DNA of 62,286 nucleotides. Origin: Alphaproteobacteria bacterium (GTDB lineage Bacteria > Pseudomonadota > Alphaproteobacteria > UBA9655). Of this stretch, positions 1-8,772 are shown piece after piece. Location of the stretch: NCBI GenBank assembly GCA_041690915.1, contig JBEPVR010000002.1:1-62286 (forward strand), given 5' to 3'. The position numbers were made by a program, and so were the translations under genes. The notes under the pieces are model-generated. The model saw nothing but the letters and a program-made list of their open reading frames with translations. It was not told the DNA's origin and did no database searches. Within the stretch, counting starts at the first letter, position 1; every line of letters begins with the position of its first letter.

Positions 1-1707
1 GCAAGAGCTGCAGAACTTCAAGAAGCTGCAAGACAGCAAGAAATTGTGAGACAGCAAGAAATTGCAAGACAGCAAGAAGCTGAAAGAGCTGCAAGACAGC
101 AAGAAATTGCAAGACAGCAAGAAGCTGAAGGAGCTGCAAGACAGCAAGAAATTGCAAGACAACAGGCAGCCGAAAGAAGGCGCCTAGGTGAGCCTGTAAA
201 TTTACGAGAATTAAATGAATATTACTTTGTGCCCATGCGCGCAAGTCTCAATGGTTATCATAATTTTATTAGTGATCCCATAAATGACGTTCTTAATACC
301 CTAGGAACTTACGGTGAAGGAGATCTGAAGCTGCTAACGGCGATCTCAAGAAGACTGCAATTTCAAGTAAAAAGCTGGAGCACAATAAATGCAGGTGCTA
401 TGCTCTCTTCTTTCCAAAAAATGCAGAATGGGTTAAGCGGAAGGGATGATGACGGATTTGATGAATATTTAACATACGCCCGGCACATGGAATCCTGCAA
501 AAAAATGATTGCACGCACGCTTAGAAATGAAGGTATTCCTCTGGCACCCGCTCCAGTAGCTCCAGCTCCTTTGAAAGTAAATCCCTGGATGCTTAATCCT
601 CCTTATCTAGACTTTGTAAATGCAAGAACAGGATTGAGTCGAGATAATATTAATCTGCCCGTTAATTGGGCTGAGTTTGAAGGAGCCAAGAATAAGATAC
701 TATCCGTATTTGATCGTCTGGTAGTTCAAGGAAACATTACTCAACAGCGTCTACGTGACTATGCAGGTCAGGAGTATGGTAACCGTGATAAATTATCCAA
801 TATGCTTAACAAAAACCTCCGTACAAAAAACCGAACCCTAGCCTTTGCTACCTTAATCTGGCCTCAGGGAGGTGAGCAAGTCATTCCTGATAATGTGCTG
901 GCTTTGGTTTTATCGCGTCTAGCTATTGGAGGAAGCTATTGTGCGACACGTGCAGAAGAAGACACATCTTGGGCAATGGCAAGGCTTACAAATGCAGAAC
1001 TGGCTACAAGCGAGGAAACCCTAGAAGTTAAGATGGCTTCTCTTATGGTCTCATTAAAGAAAAATATCATTAAAGACATGGTGGAGGATGAAAGAACTAA
1101 TTACGCTGGTCCTGAGCCTACTAGACAAATTCATGAGAATGAAGAAGTGTTTGGTTTACGTTATGCGGGATGGCTGGAGCGTGCTGGTGTTGGGCAACAA
1201 TCACATTATCAAACCCGCATAGAGCAGAGATTAGCTCCCTATATAGGTTTGCCTATGGACGCAGCTAGTTTTCAAGATATGTACCAATTAGGTGTAGAAA
1301 TTATGAATAGACCTATAGACACTCTCCTTGCAAGCTTTAATGCAAAATATAATGAGGATAGGATATTAACATATGTGGTCAATGATATTAATGCCAGCCT
1401 CCAATACAAGCAGAAAGAACTTATTCCATTGACGGAAGAAGAAAGAGTAGGAAAATCAGCTGCTCAAATTGAGGAATTAAAACTTGCAAAATTTAATGCT
1501 CAGCGACCCAAAGGAATGATTCAATATAATGATATTCTAGAGTTTGTTCGTAGAACATCACCTGGACGACATGACGCCACCCGTGGTGGTGTAAATTTAG
1601 ATGGTATTGTTGATTGGGATGAAGACTTTTATAATCAAGATGTTTTTGATAAGCCCCACGCACGACTTCTTGTGAAGGCTCTTGGCTATATTGAAGAGGC
1701 TGATTAA
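1..1707 (+). CDS. Repeat-containing protein of unknown function; 5' end lies outside the window
   Basis: Frame 1 is open from base 1, so the listed ORF 46..1707 merely starts at an internal GTG. The N-terminal part is ARQQEI / ARQQEAERA repeats. About 500 aa follow with no motif I recognise. Stop TAA at 1705-1707. Confidence 0.6.
   Translation, partial: ARAAELQEAARQQEIVRQQEIARQQEAERAARQQEIARQQEAEGAARQQEIARQQAAERRRLGEPVNLRELNEYYFVPMRASLNGYHNFISDPINDVLNTLGTYGEGDLKLLTAISRRLQFQVKSWSTINAGAMLSSFQKMQNGLSGRDDDGFDEYLTYARHMESCKKMIARTLRNEGIPLAPAPVAPAPLKVNPWMLNPPYLDFVNARTGLSRDNINLPVNWAEFEGAKNKILSVFDRLVVQGNITQQRLRDYAGQEYGNRDKLSNMLNKNLRTKNRTLAFATLIWPQGGEQVIPDNVLALVLSRLAIGGSYCATRAEEDTSWAMARLTNAELATSEETLEVKMASLMVSLKKNIIKDMVEDERTNYAGPEPTRQIHENEEVFGLRYAGWLERAGVGQQSHYQTRIEQRLAPYIGLPMDAASFQDMYQLGVEIMNRPIDTLLASFNAKYNEDRILTYVVNDINASLQYKQKELIPLTEEERVGKSAAQIEELKLAKFNAQRPKGMIQYNDILEFVRRTSPGRHDATRGGVNLDGIVDWDEDFYNQDVFDKPHARLLVKALGYIEEAD
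28..180 (+). repeat. In-frame coding tandem repeat built from alternating 18-nt (gcaagacagcaagaaatt) and 27-nt (gcaagacagcaagaagctgaaagagct) units
   Basis: Read directly from the sequence. Units start at 28, 46, 64, 91, 109, 136 and 154 and carry a few substitutions. All unit lengths are multiples of 3 and lie in the open frame. Confidence 0.85.
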
Positions 1708-1971
1708 AGCGGGTTGGCCAGACTTCTTATATATAAATTATGAGAGAAGGGTTTGAATGAAAGGTCTTTATCCATAGAAGTAGGGGTGAAGATCTATTCA
1801 AATTTTTCTACAGGCGCCTTCTTCCCCCTTTTCACAGTCGTAAATGCTTCTAAAATAGAGGATGGCACTCCACCAAAGTTTGCCAATAGGGTGTGGAAGT
1901 TTTTCTAAAATCTGGCTACAAGGGTTTGTTGGATTCATAATTGTTTGATTTATCTTCAAAAATTTAAAATC

Positions 1972-2364
1972 TCAGTGCATGACCGCTGTTTCATAAGGGC
2001 TATCCAAAGAAAATGCGGGGATCACGACATCTATAGGCTTACCTGCTTTTGTTTTCATATGAAAAATTCCTTCCATGACTCCTGACGGAGTCGAAAGAGG
2101 AGTTCCACTCGTATAATGAAAGGTTGTTCCTGGCGTAATCCAAGGTTTCTCTCCCACAACGCCTTCTCCTTTGATTTCTTGGATAAGGCCGTTAGCATCC
2201 GTAATCCGCCATGTGCGAGATAAAAGCTGTACCATTTCGGCCCCTTGATTTTCAATCCATATTTGATACGCCCAAACGTAATGACTCTCTGAAGAGAGAG
2301 ATTGATCCTCTAAGAAAATGGGTTCAACGGTAACGCTAATCTGATGAGTTATTTTTGTGTACAT
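1972..2364 (-). CDS. apaG: ApaG (DUF525) protein
   Basis: The 130-aa size and sequence are typical of ApaG: N-terminal ...ITVxVEPxFLxxQS, then WAYxIxIxNxG and GxGVVGExPxIxPG blocks. Confidence 0.8.
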   Translation of the reverse strand: MYTKITHQISVTVEPIFLEDQSLSSESHYVWAYQIWIENQGAEMVQLLSRTWRITDANGLIQEIKGEGVVGEKPWITPGTTFHYTSGTPLSTPSGVMEGIFHMKTKAGKPIDVVIPAFSLDSPYETAVMH

Positions 2365-2395
2365 AATCTGACAATTCTTATTTTCATTTTAAAAA

Positions 2396-5095
2396 TTAAT
2401 ATAACCCACCTGTGCCCATCACAGAGGATTCTTGGGGGTCATAAGAGGGGTGGGAATCGTAAACCGGGGGGTCATAAGTGGATTGAGGCTCATATGACGG
2501 CGGTGAATCATAAGGAGAGGAAGAGTCATAAGGTGAGTCGTAGGAGGATTGAGGCTCATAAGAACGCTGGGAATCATAAGGCTCATACGAAGATTGAGAT
2601 TCATAAGGGGTGTGAGACTCAGAGGAAGGAGGTGAGTCATATGAAGGGTGAGAACCATAAGACCGATAAGGAGAATCGTAAGTAGCTCCTCCGTAAGGTT
2701 TCTGAGGTTTTTCATAAGAAGGTGCTGAAAGCCGGGCAGGGAGACTTTGATTCGCTTTTAAAGGCTCATAAATAATGTCGCCGCTGAAGGGTTCGGTCAT
2801 TCTGACAAGCTTCATGCCGGACGGCATTTTAAAGGGCTTACTCGGAATTCCATTAAGCGCTTTTCCAAGAAAATCAACAATGATAGGAAGAGCAGAGCGA
2901 GCACCTCCTTCCATATGGCCCAAAGTTTGGGGATAGTCAAATCCCACATATGTCAACACCACCAAATCCTGAGTATAAGCAGCAGACCAAGCTTCTTTCT
3001 CATCGTTGGTCGTTCCTGTTTTTGCAGCTAAAATTTTATTCAAAATTTTTGCCTTTCGCGCCGATCCTGCCCTCACAGCCCCTTCAAGCATGGAGGTAAT
3101 CTGATAAATGCTGCGTGGATCTGCTAACTGCTCTCGATGATCTTCAATAAGGGGGGGAGCTTGATTTGCCCAGAGTTGTCTTGTACAGCCTGAGCACTGA
3201 CGTGTATCCGCCGCAAAAATCGTTTTTCCATGTCGATCTTGAATCCGATCAATCAGAGTAGCTTCTAATCTTTTCCCTCCATTAGCCAATATGGCGTAAG
3301 CTGTGGCAAGACGTAAGAGAGTCGTCTCTCCAGCCCCAATAGCCATGGCAATTTGCATGGGAACATGATCCATAATCCCGAACTTCTCGATCATTTTAGC
3401 CACAGGCTTCATTCCCACATATTCGTGCACTAAACGAATGGTCGTTCGATTTAAGGATTTTTGAAGAGCAATGCGGAGAGGAACTCGTCCATAATGCCTG
3501 GTCGTCACATTTTTAGGAGAATAAACTCCAAGGCCTCGCCCCAACCCAATAGAGATAGGCGCGTCTGATACAATGGTTGCGGGCGAAAATCCACGTTCCA
3601 TCGCTGCTAAATACACAAAAGGTTTGATAGCTGAACCGGGCTGGCGGAGAGCTTGGGTCGCTCTGTTCCAATGGCTTGCATCAAAGCTAAAACCCCCGGT
3701 CATGGCAAGAACTCGACCTGTATGGGGGTCCATGACCACGAGAGCACCACTCACAGCAGGAACTTGTTCAAGAGTATATGTCTTTTCTTTCCCCTGAACG
3801 TTAGCCACAAGAATCACGTCTCCAACGCTCAAAACATCACTCGGACGCTGAATGATGGGGCCTAGGTATAATTGAGGAACGTTTATTCCATCGGACATAG
3901 GCTTAACGGGTTTCTTATGCTGTCGAGCCCAAGTGAGTTCTGATAGGGGAATTGTTCCTTCCTCACCCGATTTTAAACCTATCTTAGCTACCTTATCGGT
4001 AAGCTTTAACACAATAGCTAATTTCCATTGTTCAATGCCTGGAGGTTGGATGATTTCTGCCAGCTGTGATTTCCAGGTTTCTGTGCTTGTGTCCCTTAAC
4101 TCCACATGGTGAAGAGCTCCTCGCCAGCCATGAAGGCGATCGTAATCAATCAAACCCTTACGTAAGGCCCAATCTGCTATTTTTTGAAGGTGAGGATCGA
4201 GCGTGGTACGAACCGTAAGTCCGCCTTGATAAAGAGAAGGCTCACCATGTTTAGAAATTAGGTGACGACGGACTTCTTCGGCAAAATAATCAGCTTTGAC
4301 CACATGAGTCGGATTGGGACGCTTGAGTTCAATTGGTTCTGCCTTAGCCTCCAAGGCTTCTTGACGAGTGATGACCCTTTCCTCATACATGCGGGTTATA
4401 ACCCAATCTCGGCGAGCTTTGGCTGCACCATAATTTTGTTTAAGATTATATTTGCTCGGAGCCTTTGGCAGGCCGGCCAAAAACGCGGCTTCCGCAATTG
4501 TGAGCTCATCTAATGATTTATTAAAGTAATTAAGGGCAGCTGCTCCAACGCCATACGAGCCGGCTCCTAAATAAATTTCATTGATATAAATTTCTAAAAT
4601 TCGATCTTTACTCAAAGCATTTTCAATGCGGAAGGCTAGAATGGCTTCTTTAATTTTTCGCTCATAAGAAGCTTGGGTTGCAATACTGGAGAGAAGTAGG
4701 TTTTTGGCTACTTGTTGCGTAATGGTTGATGCTCCCATGGGTCGTTTATTTGTTCCCATTTGACTAAGATTAACCACTGCAGCTCTGATGATGCCAAAAA
4801 AATCAAGACCTGAGTGCTCATAAAAATTTTTATCTTCCGCAGCTAAAAAAGTTTGTATGACACGGCGTGGGATAGCTTCGATGGGAACAAATACACGTTT
4901 TTGTGTGGCGTATTCAGCAAATAGACGTCCATCACTTGCATAAAGACGGCTGACCACAGGGGGCTCATATTTTACAAGTTGAGCATAATCGGGAAGACCC
5001 TGCCCAAAATAATAGAGCACGACAAGTGTCCCAATACTCCCTGTGAGTCCAAGGATAAAAAGAAATGTACATGTCCAGGTAAGAAAACGAAGCAT
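2396..5095 (-). CDS. mrcA: Class A penicillin-binding protein 1A (glycosyltransferase + transpeptidase) with a long Tyr/Ser/Pro/Asp-rich C-terminal tail
   Basis: N-terminal TM helix. GT51 motifs are present (AAEDKNFYEHSGLD, GASTITQQVAKN). Transpeptidase motifs are present (RQPGSAIKPF = SxxK, SPKN = SxN, KTGTT). The last ~110 aa are low complexity. Confidence 0.9.
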   Translation of the reverse strand: MLRFLTWTCTFLFILGLTGSIGTLVVLYYFGQGLPDYAQLVKYEPPVVSRLYASDGRLFAEYATQKRVFVPIEAIPRRVIQTFLAAEDKNFYEHSGLDFFGIIRAAVVNLSQMGTNKRPMGASTITQQVAKNLLLSSIATQASYERKIKEAILAFRIENALSKDRILEIYINEIYLGAGSYGVGAAALNYFNKSLDELTIAEAAFLAGLPKAPSKYNLKQNYGAAKARRDWVITRMYEERVITRQEALEAKAEPIELKRPNPTHVVKADYFAEEVRRHLISKHGEPSLYQGGLTVRTTLDPHLQKIADWALRKGLIDYDRLHGWRGALHHVELRDTSTETWKSQLAEIIQPPGIEQWKLAIVLKLTDKVAKIGLKSGEEGTIPLSELTWARQHKKPVKPMSDGINVPQLYLGPIIQRPSDVLSVGDVILVANVQGKEKTYTLEQVPAVSGALVVMDPHTGRVLAMTGGFSFDASHWNRATQALRQPGSAIKPFVYLAAMERGFSPATIVSDAPISIGLGRGLGVYSPKNVTTRHYGRVPLRIALQKSLNRTTIRLVHEYVGMKPVAKMIEKFGIMDHVPMQIAMAIGAGETTLLRLATAYAILANGGKRLEATLIDRIQDRHGKTIFAADTRQCSGCTRQLWANQAPPLIEDHREQLADPRSIYQITSMLEGAVRAGSARKAKILNKILAAKTGTTNDEKEAWSAAYTQDLVVLTYVGFDYPQTLGHMEGGARSALPIIVDFLGKALNGIPSKPFKMPSGMKLVRMTEPFSGDIIYEPLKANQSLPARLSAPSYEKPQKPYGGATYDSPYRSYGSHPSYDSPPSSESHTPYESQSSYEPYDSQRSYEPQSSYDSPYDSSSPYDSPPSYEPQSTYDPPVYDSHPSYDPQESSVMGTGGLY

Positions 5096-5320
5096 TGCTA
5101 GATAAATTCATTTAGATTTCCTGTACTTTGACGAGAGTTGATCTGTGGGTCAATAGAAATCTATTTTTTTATAAATCTATCTTTTCCTTCCCGGCTCAAA
5201 AATAACTTCTCACTTGCTTATCTTGGAGAAGAATTCTACAAATCGAGTAGTATTAAAAATTCTTAACCTAATGATTCGAATGATTCTGAAGAACGTGTTT
5301 ATTATTCACCTAAAAGAAAA

Positions 5321-6184
5321 ATGCATATGAAGAGAGTCTTAAAGAAAAAACCTATCCTCATTGGTGGAGGGCTTACCCTTTTCATAGCTTTATTCGTTTA
5401 TATCTCTTTTGATATCTTTTATGGAGGCGGTAATTTTCGCACCACCCAAGATCCCATCTCATCGACACAATACGTAAATTTAATCGGACTTCGGGATCTT
5501 CACGCTTCAGGCTCGGCCCCTATGCGCTTTTCAGACCTTAAAAAACGGCTCTCTCACATTCCAGGGCCTAAAATTATAGTTGATGGAATGGCTGAATTTC
5601 ATGGGTATATAAAAGGCATTCCAACAACTTTTTTTGCTTATCAACGCAAATCTCCAAATGTGAAACATATACTTCGACGGTTGATTTTCACGGGAACAAC
5701 AAGCGTACGCCCTGATCTCGTTATTCCTGAAGCAGAAGAAGCTAAAAAATATGGCTTTGACTATATAAAACTTACTATCGGGAGTAAATTTATCGCTTCT
5801 GATGAGAATATTGATGAAATTATAGATTTCTTTGAGAATTTACCTTCGAATTCATGGCTTCATTTTCATTGTGCCCAGGGAAAAGGGCGCACATCTATCC
5901 TCCTTATGTTACTAGATATTGTAAAAAACGCCCCACAGGTGTCTCTGGAACATCTCGCAAAACGCCACCGTATTCTAGGGTCAGAAAATTTAATGACGAC
6001 AGATGTTCGAAAAAATGGAACATATACGAAGAAACAGTTGGAAGAACGAATGGAATTCTTAACAAAAGTTTATTCTTTTATTGTCGAAAAGAAAGCCGGA
6101 GGTATCCAGCGTTGGTCTGATTGGAATCGCAAATGGAAATTAGACCATTCTGAAGATTTCAAATCTTCTCCTCTTAAAGGATAA
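5321..6184 (+). CDS. Membrane-anchored CX5R (PTP-like phytase-type) phosphatase, paralog 1
   Basis: Basic N-terminus plus one hydrophobic helix. P-loop LHFHCAQGKGRTS matches HC-x5-R(S/T). Alignable end to end with the four following ORFs. The start could be 5321 or 5327. Confidence 0.7.
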   Translation: MHMKRVLKKKPILIGGGLTLFIALFVYISFDIFYGGGNFRTTQDPISSTQYVNLIGLRDLHASGSAPMRFSDLKKRLSHIPGPKIIVDGMAEFHGYIKGIPTTFFAYQRKSPNVKHILRRLIFTGTTSVRPDLVIPEAEEAKKYGFDYIKLTIGSKFIASDENIDEIIDFFENLPSNSWLHFHCAQGKGRTSILLMLLDIVKNAPQVSLEHLAKRHRILGSENLMTTDVRKNGTYTKKQLEERMEFLTKVYSFIVEKKAGGIQRWSDWNRKWKLDHSEDFKSSPLKG

Positions 6185-6202
6185 TAAATCGCAAGGGTCA
6201 AA

Positions 6203-7018
6203 ATGATTTTAAAGAGAAAACGAACTCTCTTCGGAGGAGGAATTGGGATTTTTGCAGGTCTGATCCTCTTTGTCATCTGGAATGCCTATTTTGGAGGCGA
6301 GTTTCACACGATGCAAGATAAGATCGTATCTTCTGAAAAAGTTGATTTAACAGGAATGCGACAAATTCAAGCTTCCGGTGGAAGTCTTCCCCGCTTCCCA
6401 GGCCTTACAATAAGATTATCTTCTCTCAAGGCAGATAAAATTATTATTGTGAATGCCGAGTCTGAACCCATGGATTATGTTAAGGGCCTTCCGATAAGCA
6501 TACTTGGATACAGAGATAAAATTCCAGAAGGGAAACATTATATTCGACGTCTTGTCTTTACAGGTTCTCTTGAAGTTCCCCCTCATCTTATTACGCCTGA
6601 ATCTGAAGAAGCTCCCAAATACGGTTTTGATTATAAAAATATCATTATTAGAAGCCGCTTTACTACACCCGATAGCAATATTGATAGCTTTATAACATTT
6701 TTGGATCATCTCCCTCAGAACGTATGGATTCATTTCCATTGTCATCATGGAAAAGGACGGACAACGCTGATGCTTGTCATGTTAGATATTCTCAAAAATG
6801 CCCCCCACGTTGCATTGAAAGATATTGTGAGACGACAACATCTTGTCGGGTTTATTGACCTCTTCAATACGACTGTTTGGAAAAAGGGGTCTTATACCAA
6901 AGAAATGCTGGAAAACCGCAAAAAATTTATCGAAAAGTTCTATGCTTTTGTTTGTCAAAGAAAAGCGGGAGGGATTCAACGGTGGTCGGAGTGGCATCAA
7001 CAACAAAAACAAATATAA
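6203..7018 (+). CDS. Membrane-anchored CX5R phosphatase, paralog 2
   Basis: Same architecture as paralog 1, with P-loop IHFHCHHGKGRTT. Starts 18 nt after paralog 1. Confidence 0.7.
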   Translation: MILKRKRTLFGGGIGIFAGLILFVIWNAYFGGEFHTMQDKIVSSEKVDLTGMRQIQASGGSLPRFPGLTIRLSSLKADKIIIVNAESEPMDYVKGLPISILGYRDKIPEGKHYIRRLVFTGSLEVPPHLITPESEEAPKYGFDYKNIIIRSRFTTPDSNIDSFITFLDHLPQNVWIHFHCHHGKGRTTLMLVMLDILKNAPHVALKDIVRRQHLVGFIDLFNTTVWKKGSYTKEMLENRKKFIEKFYAFVCQRKAGGIQRWSEWHQQQKQI

Positions 7019-7062
7019 GATTTTCAAGAAGCGGTGATAATGGGTTTCTTTGGAGTAAGAGA

Positions 7063-7905
7063 ATGAAAAAAACTCTGAATAAAAAATATCTTTTTATCGG
7101 AGGAAGCATTGTCATTTTTACTATTTTATTGACAATAACTTACCTGCTTTCCACTGATAATTATACGGACGCTAAATTTCGTACCATGCAAGATGAGATT
7201 TCTTCATCTGAAAAGATAGATTTGACAGGGTTACGCGAACTACCTGCCTCTGGTGGGCCTATAATTGACTTCCCAAATCTCAAAAAAAGGCTTGCGCCTC
7301 TGAATAGAAACATTACCATCATTGATGGAATGAGAGAAAGTCATGGTTATATCAACAATATGGCCACCACTTTTTTGGGTTATCATCGGAAGAAACAAAG
7401 TATACGCTATTTTATTCGACGACTTCTTTTGACAGGTACGCCTCATATTCTTCCTGGGCGTATTCTTCCTGAAATCAACATGGCTTATACATATGGATTT
7501 GGCTATAAAAATATTAAAATTGATAGCAAAATTAAAACACCTGATGATTCAGTCGATAAATTTGTTTCCTATTTTGACAAAGCGCCCGAAAACGTATGGT
7601 TTCATTTTCATTGCCGCCATGGTAAAGGAAGAACATCCATGATGCTGGTTATGTATGATATTATGAAAAATGCTCCGAAAGTGGCTTTATCAGATATTAT
7701 TAAACGCCAACATCTTCTGGGTTCTGTCGATTTGTTTAACACTGTTGTTTGGAAAACAAAGAAAAAAGGGAAATACACCTCAAGAACACTCAAACGCCGC
7801 AAAAAATTTATTGAGGATTTTTATATTTTTATTTGTCAGCGAAAAGCTGGAGGGATCCAGCGCTGGTCTGAGTGGCATAAAAAACAGCTAACAAAACTCC
7901 CATGA
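7063..7905 (+). CDS. Membrane-anchored CX5R phosphatase, paralog 3
   Basis: P-loop FHFHCRHGKGRTS. The listed ORF begins at 6877. The ATG at 7063 (MKKTLNKK...) has a GGAG upstream and matches the N-termini of the other paralogs. Confidence 0.7.
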   Translation: MKKTLNKKYLFIGGSIVIFTILLTITYLLSTDNYTDAKFRTMQDEISSSEKIDLTGLRELPASGGPIIDFPNLKKRLAPLNRNITIIDGMRESHGYINNMATTFLGYHRKKQSIRYFIRRLLLTGTPHILPGRILPEINMAYTYGFGYKNIKIDSKIKTPDDSVDKFVSYFDKAPENVWFHFHCRHGKGRTSMMLVMYDIMKNAPKVALSDIIKRQHLLGSVDLFNTVVWKTKKKGKYTSRTLKRRKKFIEDFYIFICQRKAGGIQRWSEWHKKQLTKLP

Positions 7906-8717
7906 AAAAACTTTTTCGATTAAGAAATATTTTAATTATGGGTAGCCTCGGCTCTTTTATAGGCTTAATGTTATTTTTATTTTTTGAAGCTTTTTTTAGC
8001 GGCAACTTCCGCACAACACAAGATAGAATTTGGTCAACCCAGCACGTTAATTTAACGGGCTTGAGAGAGCTTAAAGCTTCTGGAGGGACATCTGTCCGCT
8101 TCTTTGATCTCAAAAGAAAACTGAGTCATATTAAGGAACACATACTTATTGTTGATGGTATCAGTGAATACCATGGTTATAGCAAAGGCATTCCTACCAC
8201 TTTTTTTGCTTATCAGCATCCTCATCCTCATTGGAAATACGCTATCAGACGATGGGTTTTTACAGGAACCACAGCGGTGCGGTCTGATCTTGTCGTACCT
8301 GAATCACAAGAAGCTCAACGACATGGTTTTTTGTATGCTCATCTAAAAATAGGAAGTAAATTTATCTCAACCAATAAAACAATCGATGACGTGGTTAAGC
8401 TTTTTGATAGGCTTCCAAAAAATACGTGGGTGCACTTTCATTGCCATTATGGTAAAGGGAGAACCACCCTTATGCTCGTCATGTATGATATATTTAAAAA
8501 TGCGCCGCATGTATCATTAAATGATATTATTAAGCGTCAACACCTTTTAGGATCAGAAGATTTACTAAACACCGTCGTTTGGAGGAAAGGAAGCTATACG
8601 CGAAAGCAGCTTCAGGAACGCGCAGCATTTATCACAGCATTTTACGCATTTATTTGTCAGCGAAAAGCAGGAGGAATCCAGCTTTGGTCCGAGTGGCATC
8701 CTTTACGTAAGACATGA
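7902..8717 (+). CDS. Membrane-anchored CX5R phosphatase, paralog 4
   Basis: P-loop VHFHCHYGKGRTT. Its ATG overlaps the paralog 3 stop codon (ATGA). Confidence 0.7.
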   Translation: MKKLFRLRNILIMGSLGSFIGLMLFLFFEAFFSGNFRTTQDRIWSTQHVNLTGLRELKASGGTSVRFFDLKRKLSHIKEHILIVDGISEYHGYSKGIPTTFFAYQHPHPHWKYAIRRWVFTGTTAVRSDLVVPESQEAQRHGFLYAHLKIGSKFISTNKTIDDVVKLFDRLPKNTWVHFHCHYGKGRTTLMLVMYDIFKNAPHVSLNDIIKRQHLLGSEDLLNTVVWRKGSYTRKQLQERAAFITAFYAFICQRKAGGIQLWSEWHPLRKT

Positions 8718-8772
8718 TGTATCTTAGCAGCGGCTTCTTTCTCCTTCATTTTAAAATTTAAGGAACCTAAAT

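Noticed and set aside
1-180. The tandem repeats at both window edges (also 61941-62286) as a CRISPR array or non-coding satellite
   Set aside because: The units are contiguous with no spacers. All unit lengths are multiples of three, and they sit in long open reading frames, so they are coding repeats.
2344-2715. A 113-aa His/Lys-rich ORF (+) and a 98-aa ORF (-, alternative frame) over the 3' end of the PBP1A gene
   Set aside because: Both lie entirely within the low-complexity repeat that encodes the PBP1A tail. Repetitive codons keep other frames open by chance. Neither has an independent start context or homology.
6877-7062. A 5' extension of the third phosphatase paralog (ORF track start 6877) overlapping the end of paralog 2
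   Set aside because: The extension has no counterpart in the other four paralogs. The ATG at 7063 is preceded by GGAG and yields the same basic-N-terminus-plus-TM layout as its siblings.
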